From Candidatus Oxydemutatoraceae bacterium (GTDB lineage: Bacteria; Pseudomonadota; Gammaproteobacteria; Poriferisulfidales; Oxydemutatoraceae): DNA of 64,000 nucleotides. Positions within the stretch are counted from its first letter, which is position 1; each line of letters opens with the position of its first letter. This document shows positions 44,901-53,900 of this stretch, in pieces. Both the position numbers and the translations under genes were made by a program. The notes under the pieces were generated by a model, which made no database searches, was not told the DNA's origin, and saw only the letters and a program-made list of their open reading frames with translations. The stretch lies in NCBI GenBank assembly GCA_965219575.1, contig OZ244779.1, positions 1,228,769 through 1,292,768 of the forward strand. Direction: 5' to 3'.

Positions 44901-47900
44901 CAACCAAAGCCGGTGTACCGCAGGGTTTGTTCGGAGGCAATAGAGATCCGAACGATCAGCTCGCACCGACTGCCAAGGCAATTTATTTGGACAAAGATAT
45001 CTCTAGAATCGATGTGACTTTGGGAGAGAGTAAGCGCACCGTTGTGCTTCAATCACCGACGAGTGCCACCGGCATCTATAAAAACTGGGATAGCGATAGC
45101 TGGGATTTCGGCACCGCCGAGCAATATCCGGCGATCAAGTATAATTTGGATGCCGCTTCTACCGATGGTGACGCATATTGTGATGCGGTAAACATTCAAA
45201 AACGTCCCGATGCGTGCCGCACTGTGCTTCGTCATCAGGGTAGCCTGCTACAAGACTTAAAATTATCCGAGGGCGCAGGTTTATCCGGTCCTTTTAGGTT
45301 CACATCGTTCGATTACGGTATATCGGTCAATGCCGATCGGAGTACTATTCGTATGTTGCCGACTGCGTCCAATGGAATAGCGACGATCGAGGTTGTTAAG
45401 GATGGCAACGCAATAGGAGAAACCGACAGCGGTGAATGGACGGCACCGATACCGTTGAACGACAGCGGCGATACGGTCGTCGGTTTGGTCGTAAAAGACG
45501 GCAAACGACATTCGTACCGATACCGATTCGTTGTCAATCGCCTCGATATAGTAACTCAAAGCGTAGACGGCGACGGCGACGGACTCATAGATATTAGCAA
45601 TGCGACACATTTGAATGCCATCCGTCATCGCATCGACGGTAGGACCTATAATGAAAGTGAAAACACTGTTACAATTTATTGTTCGGGTGGTTGCACGGGG
45701 TATGAATTGACTGCCGACATAGACCTTGCCGGCATCGAGTGGCAACCGATAGGTAGTCCGAATGAACCTTTTAGCGGTGTATTCAAAGGCAACGGCTATA
45801 CGATTTCTAATTTGACCATAAAAGCAAATAACACCGACAATATCGGTCTATTCGCAGCGATCGGAGCCGGCGGCAGAGTTGAGAATCTCGGTTTGGTGAA
45901 TGTAGATATTGCCGGGCAGGGTCGTCGTATCGGTAGTATAGCCGCCTTGAACTCCGGCACGATTATCAATAGCTATGCCGACGGCAGGCTCGTAGATAGC
46001 GGCGGGAGCATCAATGTCGTCGGTGGTTTGGTCGCTAGAAACGAGCGCGGTGAAATCGTCAATAGCTATGCGCGTGTCAACATAGAGGCAGCGACCAGTT
46101 TTGCGGGCGGTTTGGTCGGTGAGAACCGAGGGGGTTCCGTCGTTAATGGTTATGCCGGCGGCGATGTGCGAGTCGATAGCGGTATCGCGGGCGGTTTGGT
46201 GGGAACAAACGGCAGTGGGGGTTCGATTGTTAATAGTTATGCTACCGGCGATGTGCAGGTCGGTAGCGGTAGATCGGGAGGTCTGGTTGCGGCAAGCTCC
46301 GGCGGAGGAACATTGAATAATAGCTACTATAGAAAGGGTGCGGTTATCTCCGGCACCGACTCACTCGTCGGCATCGATAAAACTGCGGTGGAACTCAAGG
46401 CCGGTGTGCCGTCGGATGATGTTTACACCGGCTGGAACACAACCGATTGGCACTTCGGCAATGCAGAGCAATATCCGGTCTTGTTTTATGTGACAGGCGA
46501 TGACAACGATCATCGTGCGTGCGCAACATCACCGACCGATACAGAATTGCCGACCTGCGGAACCTTGCTACCCGGGCAGCGTGCCGGGCTGGCTAGGATG
46601 GAACTTTCAAAAAATGCACACTTAACTCCGTCATTTAATTCCGAGATATACGACTACGATCTAGTCGTCGATTCGGGCACCACATTTCGTATCACACCGA
46701 CCGCCTATTACGACACCGATACGATTACCGTAGACGCCGCCGGCTTGCGCTCATCCACAACCGGTGGGCAGAGCCTGTTGTTCACGCTAAACGACGATTT
46801 AGACGGTATCGTAATCACGGTGAGATCCGCAAGTCATAATGTGCCGACACGCTATACGATTAAAGTACTGCACAGCATTGCGGTAGAGGATGGTTTGATA
46901 ACGATCGATTATCTGGAAGACTTGAACTTGATGCGTAATCCCATAGAGCGGGTATCCGCTGTCTTAAAGGATTGCCCCATAGACACCGAAGACAATGCAA
47001 GGCGATGCAGGGGTTATGAATTGAGCAGAGATTTGGACTTTGAGGATCCTACAAGCTATCGTTCGGGTAGGGTCAACTCGGTATGGACGACCGGTGCCGG
47101 ATGGCAACCGATAGGAGACAGCAACAACCCTTTCGGCAGTTTATTTAACGGTAATGCACACACGATCTCAAATCTTAGATATTCGGGTACTGCTTCCGGT
47201 CCTGTTGGTTTATTCGGTGTTTCGGCGGACGCTGCGAGAATCGAGAACATCGGCTTAGTCAATGTAGATATCGATGTCAACGGTCAATCCGGTATCGGTG
47301 CTTTGGTAGGCGAGAATCGTGGCGACATCGTCAATAGCTATGTGGTAGGCGGTGATGTTCGTGGCGGTTCTTATGTCGGTGGATTGACCGGCAGGAATTC
47401 GGGTGTGATCGTTAATAGCTATACGGATGTTGCGGTCGCCGGGACTAACTTTGTCGGTGGTCTAGCCGGTGGTAGCCAATCGTTCTCAAGAATCGACAAT
47501 AGTTATGCGAGTGGTACGGTCACCGGGAATGACTTCGTAGGAGGGTTGGTCGGCTTATCACAAATAAGCATCTTGAATAGTTATGCAAATGTTGCGGTTA
47601 TCGGAAGTCGGTCGGTGGGGGGCTTGGTCGGTGAAGCGAGCAATAGCATTATCAACAGCTATGCAATCGGCAAAATATCGGGTGGTAGTGAGGGATTAAT
47701 AGGTAGTAGTGATTTCGGCAGTTTTTTCTCTATTCAGAGTTATTGGGATGTCGCTACGAGTACGGTGGGAGACGATAATAACGATCTCAACGGTGTCGGC
47801 AAGACGACCTCGCAGCTTCAAACACCTGCGATCGGAGAGGGAATTTATAGCGGTTGGAGTAGCGACGATTGGTATTCCGAGACCGGTCGATATCCGCTAT

Positions 47901-50900
47901 TGAGATATACCGGTGCTAACGATATAATCACTCGCCCGGCGTGCCGAACAACCGAAGATGTCGATAGCGAACTGCCGGTGTGTGGAACTTTGTTGCCAAA
48001 TCAGCGTATAGGCTTACGCAATCTAGCGCGCTCGAATAGTGTGGGTCAGGTTTTGTTGTTAAGACCCGGCTTTGATTCCGGGATATACGATTACGAGTTG
48101 GTATTGAAAAGCGATGCGCGTGAGTTCAGTATTATTCCGTATACCTTTAACCCGAATGCGGTCATCGTAGTCGACGACAATAGTGAGATCAATCCACAGG
48201 AAAAGTTACGAAGCAGTCAAGTCACCACCCTTCAAATGGACAATATTAATAGTTTTTTGTTGACGCTGACAGTGGATGATCCTTTGGTATCCGAAGCGAC
48301 GCAAACGACGGTCTATCGTTTTGAGGTAATCAGACATCCTCTTATTACCGTCAACGATATAGACGACGACGACGACGGCTTGATCGAGATACGCAGCGTA
48401 GAGGATCTGAATGCGATTCGTTATCAACCGGACGGTAGCGGTTATAAAGCGAGTCGCAACGATATCAAAATCACCGTGGGGTGTCCCGAGACCGGCTGCA
48501 TAGGTTATGAATTGGTGCAAGATCTGGATGTCGACGACGCAATGCGTTTTGCCGACTGGCAGCCGATAGGATATATCGCACCGAGCGGCGATGCCGATGA
48601 ATGCAATCATCCGAGTAATCGGTGTTTTAGCGGGATATTCGACGGCAACAATCATACCATTTCAAATCTGCGTATCGATAAAACCGGCACCGACAATGTC
48701 GGCTTGTTTGCGGCATTAGCCGACGGTGCGCAAGTCAGAAATGTCAATCTGGCGAATGTGTCGGTCGAGGGTCGCTTCGGTGTCGGAAGTCTGGTCGCCT
48801 ATAATGCCGGAGAGATAGACAACAGTTATGCCGACGGTACGATAACGGGAGAACGCGATGTCGGGGGATTGGTTGCCTACAATGTCGGTCGGATTTCCGA
48901 TAGTTATGCTTACGGTGCGGTATCGGGCGGTTCTTCGGTCGGTGGTTTGGTAGCTCGTAACAAAAACGGTGGGGCGATTGCAAACAGCTATAGCTTGAAC
49001 CGTGTATCGGGCGACGATAACATCGGCGGGTTGGTCGGTTTGAATCTCGGTTCTATTGTAAATACTCATGCCAGCGGTGTTGTTCAGGGAGGCACACTTG
49101 TCGGTGGTTTGGTCGCTAACAACGGCGGTTCGGTCGCCGACAGTTATGCGACGGCAGAGATACTATGCTCCGGCGTGCCGGCGTGTGCTTCGTATACGGT
49201 TGCTACGGGCGGGCTGATCGGTAGCGATGTCGGTGGTGTTGTAGCAAATAGCTATTGGGATACCGGTGTGAGTAAGCTACGAGTATCCGCCGGCGGTGTC
49301 GGCAAAACTACCCTGCAACTGCAATCGGGTAGCGGTCAATCGTCGGATGCAAGCGGCGCGTATTACCGGTGGCGCGATAGCGACTGGTACTTCGGCACTG
49401 TAGATCAATATCCTATTCTTAAATATGCCGACAGTACCGAAAGCACGCTTGTCGGTTTGCAGTCTTATGGTTTGACAAGTTTAACGATCGCAGAGATTGT
49501 GACGCTGTCTCCTAACTTTGACACGACTAAATTGTATTATCGTGTCGGCGTAGAATTGGATACCGATATAAGGAAATTACATTTGACACCGAATGCACTG
49601 GATGAGGATGCAACCATTGGTATCTTCAGCGATAACGGTTTTGACGAGACGGTTGCAAGCGGCACCGACAGTTCGGCGATTGTGTTGCGCTCGACCGGCA
49701 CAACGGTGATTAACATCGAAGTCTCGGGATCACGGCGCGTCCTATATCGGTTTGAAGTCGATTATTTCTCTTCCGGTTTTGAAGACGATGTCGATACCGA
49801 CAAAGACGGATTGATAGATATTCTAAGCCTCGAGGATTTGGATGCGATACGCAATGCGCTCGACGGCAGACGGTTGAGATATCAAAATGCCGACGGCGTA
49901 TCGATAGAAAGTGCCAAAGGTTGTCCGATTAGCGGCTGCAAGGGCTATGAGTTGATGCGAGACTTGGACTTCGATAATCCGACACATTACCGAACGGGTC
50001 GCGTGAATACGGCATGGACCGGCGGGGCAGGCTGGCAGCCGATAGGCACCTCGCTATATCCGTTCACGGCAACATTCAAAGGCAACGGCTATACGATTTC
50101 TAATTTGAGAGTAAATAGAGCGGATAACGACGGCGGTTTATTCGGTGTGATAGACGGCAGCGAAAGCGATGTGGTAATAGAGGGTCTCGGTTTAATCGAT
50201 GTAGATATAGTCGGAGGTACGCATGTCGGCGGTTTGGTCGGCACCAACCGAGCGGGCGACATTCGCCGGAGCTATGTCACCGGTTATGTGGTGGCAAGAG
50301 GTGACGGCACATCGGCAATCGTCGGCGGTCTGGTCGGTAGAAATGTTGCCGGCTCGATCACCGAATCATACTCGGAGACACAGGTGAAAGGCAATCTATC
50401 GGCCGGATTATCGGTGGCATTGGCAGGTGGTTTGGTTGCTCTGAACGACGGTCGCGGTCGTATCGAGAATAGCTGTACGGCGGGGTCGGTGATCGGGTCG
50501 GTGGGTGTCGGTGGCATGGTCGGTGAGAACAACGGTTCGGTTCATAATAGCTATGCGGTGAGTAGGGTTATAGGCATCGGTGCATTGTCCACGGTGGGTG
50601 GCTTGGTTGCCGTCAACGATGCAGTGGTCGACGACAGTTACTGGGATATAGAGGTGAGTGGTATCGCATCGAGTGCCGGCGGCACTTCTGCGACCACGGC
50701 AGTACTCCGATCGTCGACACCGACTTCACCGATCAATAGCATCTATAAAGACTGGGATACCGATGTCTGGGAGTTCGCAGATACGAATCGTTATCCCGAA
50801 CTGAAAGCGATTGCCGATGTGCCGCTACTTGCCCCCGAAGGAAAAAGTCTGTTGCAAAGTCTGACCCTATCGGACAATGTCCGGTTATTCCCGTCTTTTC

Positions 50901-53900
50901 ATCCGCTCGTTTTCGACTACGAGCTGATAGCCGAGGCCGATCGAATGACCGAAGTACGGCTCGATACCACCTCAACGCGGATAGGCACGACAATCGATAT
51001 TACTTGTCGCAACGGCTTGATATGTTCGCCGGGTATTCCGACATCGTTTGCATTGGACGGTAGCGATACACCGAAAATTACGATAACCACGCATAACCTC
51101 GATGCCGGCGAATTATCGTATAGCTTCTCGGTGCGTTACCACGAACTAAAAATCGAACGAATGACGGCAACGACAACGACGATCGTGCCGTTATCGTTGT
51201 CGGTAGCCGAAGGCGAGCGTGTTCGCTTAATGGTTTCGTATCATTTTAGTTTGGATGAAGATTTATATCGCTACCGCTGGCGACAATCGTCGGGCGATGT
51301 GCTGAAGTTCAACGATAAGCAATCGCCGGTTGATATGCAAAATGCGATGTTGAATTTTATGATACCCGACGATGTCGTGTCTAAGCAAGACGACAGCCGT
51401 GTCGTTCGGTTGATAGCGGAAGTCAATGCGAACGACGACATCTATTTAAGCAAAATGTTATCGTTGATAATTTCCAAACGAAATAACGATACCGCCGATC
51501 GTATTCACTTACTCGGAGATAGCGATCAACCGGATACTTATGCCGTTCGATTTGAAAGAGACGACGGTAGCGAGTTTGTAGACCGCGACGGCGGTTTTGC
51601 CGAAACCCGTATACACTGGCAGCGTCGTCGTAGCGATACCGAAGATTGGGTCGATGTCGGGAACGGGTCTCCGTATACCATTCCCGACGAGGGTGCTTAT
51701 CAATATCGCGCACTCGCTACATACGAGGATAATCAGGGTTATCGCGAACAATTTGAGTCCGGAGTCATAAACTATTTAGACCTAGACGACGACGGTGACG
51801 GTCTGATAGAGATTCGTTATTTGGAAGAGTTGGATGCGATACGTCATCAGCCGGACGGCAGCGGCTATAAAGCGACTGCGAGTGCGGATAAGATTACTGC
51901 GGGGTGTCCGTTGGTCAACGGTATCGAGCAATGCCGAGGCTACGAATTGATGAACGACTTGGATTTCAACGACGACCAAAGCTATCGTACGCTTGATCCG
52001 TCGCGACTCAAGAACAGCTGGACGGTGAGCGATTTCAGTGCTGCAAGCGATTCGGGTTGGCAGCCTATCGGTGGGTTTAATGCCGTATTCGACGGCAACG
52101 GTTATACGATATCGAATATACAGATAAACCGTAGTGTCGGCAATACAAGCAATATAGGCCTATTCTCCGATATGGGTTCGGGTGGAAAGGTTAAAAACTT
52201 GGGGCTTATAGATCCGGCGATCAAAGGTCTGGTCGGGATTAAAAATGTAGGCGGTATCGCCGGCAGAATAGAACGCGGCGGTGTCATCATGAACAGCCAT
52301 GTGATCGGCGATGTCGGTGCAGGAAAAACCGATAAAATAATAAGAGGCGGTAGCGGATTGATAGGCGGGATGGTCGGCAGGAATAAAGGGCTTATACTCA
52401 ATAGTTATGCAAAGATCAATGTGATTGCCGAAGATTCCGGAACAATTGAAAACAGAGTAGGCGGTTTGGTCGGTAGGAACATAGACGGTGGCAAGGTGTA
52501 TAACAGCTATGCGACCGGTGAGGTGAAAGGACCTTGCATCGTCGGTGGTTTGGTAGGCAATCAGTTTTCCACCAACTCGAATCAGTTATTGACCCGCAGC
52601 GAGATCAAAAACAGCTATGCGACCGGTAATGTAGAGACCGGGTTCGGGACTTGCAGTAATTCGAACAACAAAGTTGCCGCTGCTTTAGTCGGTGTTAATA
52701 CTAATTCAAAGGTTGAAAATAGTTATACGCTAGGCAAAGTTTCCGGTAGTGGCACATTGTCCAATTTAATTGCTCGAGGGTCTGCCCCGATAAATAGTTA
52801 TTGGGATAGCGGAACGACTAATGTAGGCGGTGATGCTAGCGACAGGACTACTGTTAAAATGATATCGACACTCGGACCGGGCACGGCGGAAACCGACATT
52901 TATTATCGATGGAGTACCGATGACTGGGATTTCGGTACTATAAAACAATATCCGGCACTCAAATACGGGGTCGGATTGGATAAAGATGACCCGGGTTGCG
53001 ACACCGATCCCGAGACGGCGTTGCCGAGCTGTGACTCCTTATTGCACGGTCAGATTGCCGATATGCTTTTGTTGGATAGTCTGAGTGTATCCGCCAATTC
53101 GAGGGCTGTGCGGCTGACCCCGAACTTCATGCCGAGTAGATTTAACTACGAAGCGGTGATTGATGCCGAGACCGCACCGGTGTTTATAAGAATTGTCGCT
53201 GCTGCCGATGCAAATAGTGAGATAACATTTCGTAGAGACGGCGGCGCACCTTTGACCAAGCAATCGGACGGCACCGTGCAGATTAGTGAGAGTCATCCAT
53301 TCAATCTCGGAATTGAGATTGCAAGCGGAAACGAGAGAGCGGCAAACTATAAAATACAAGTGCATTTGAGTTATTTGCCGCAACCGAGAATACTCAAAGT
53401 AATCAACACCGGTATTTCCACCGAATTAGTCAAAGGAAATATCCTTAGCTTAAACGAGGGGGATGTCGTCCGCCTCGATGCCTCGGAAAGTTTCGGGCAG
53501 AACTATTCGCGGTTGGATTACCGATGGAGTCAGGTATCGGGGAAACCGTTACTGCCGGGGATACAAACCACATCTACCGTAAAGTTTACGGTACCTACCG
53601 ATTTTGTCGCCGCAGACGACGACGATAGCACGGTGATCCTAAAACTAAAGCTGAGCGAAAACAATAATCCACTAATTACCGTAAGTGAAAAAGTAGCGTT
53701 GCTGGTTAGAAAAATTAATAACGGCAATGCCGAGAGTGATGCGAAATGGATCAGTAGCGATACGCTTTCGGCAAGCGACCTGTTGGACGATATAGACGGA
53801 GGTCCATTGATCGATGTGGTTTATCTATGGTCGTTGGAACAGAACGGTAAATTTATCGCGATACCCGGTGCGACCCGAAAAAGCTATACGCCTCCCGAAA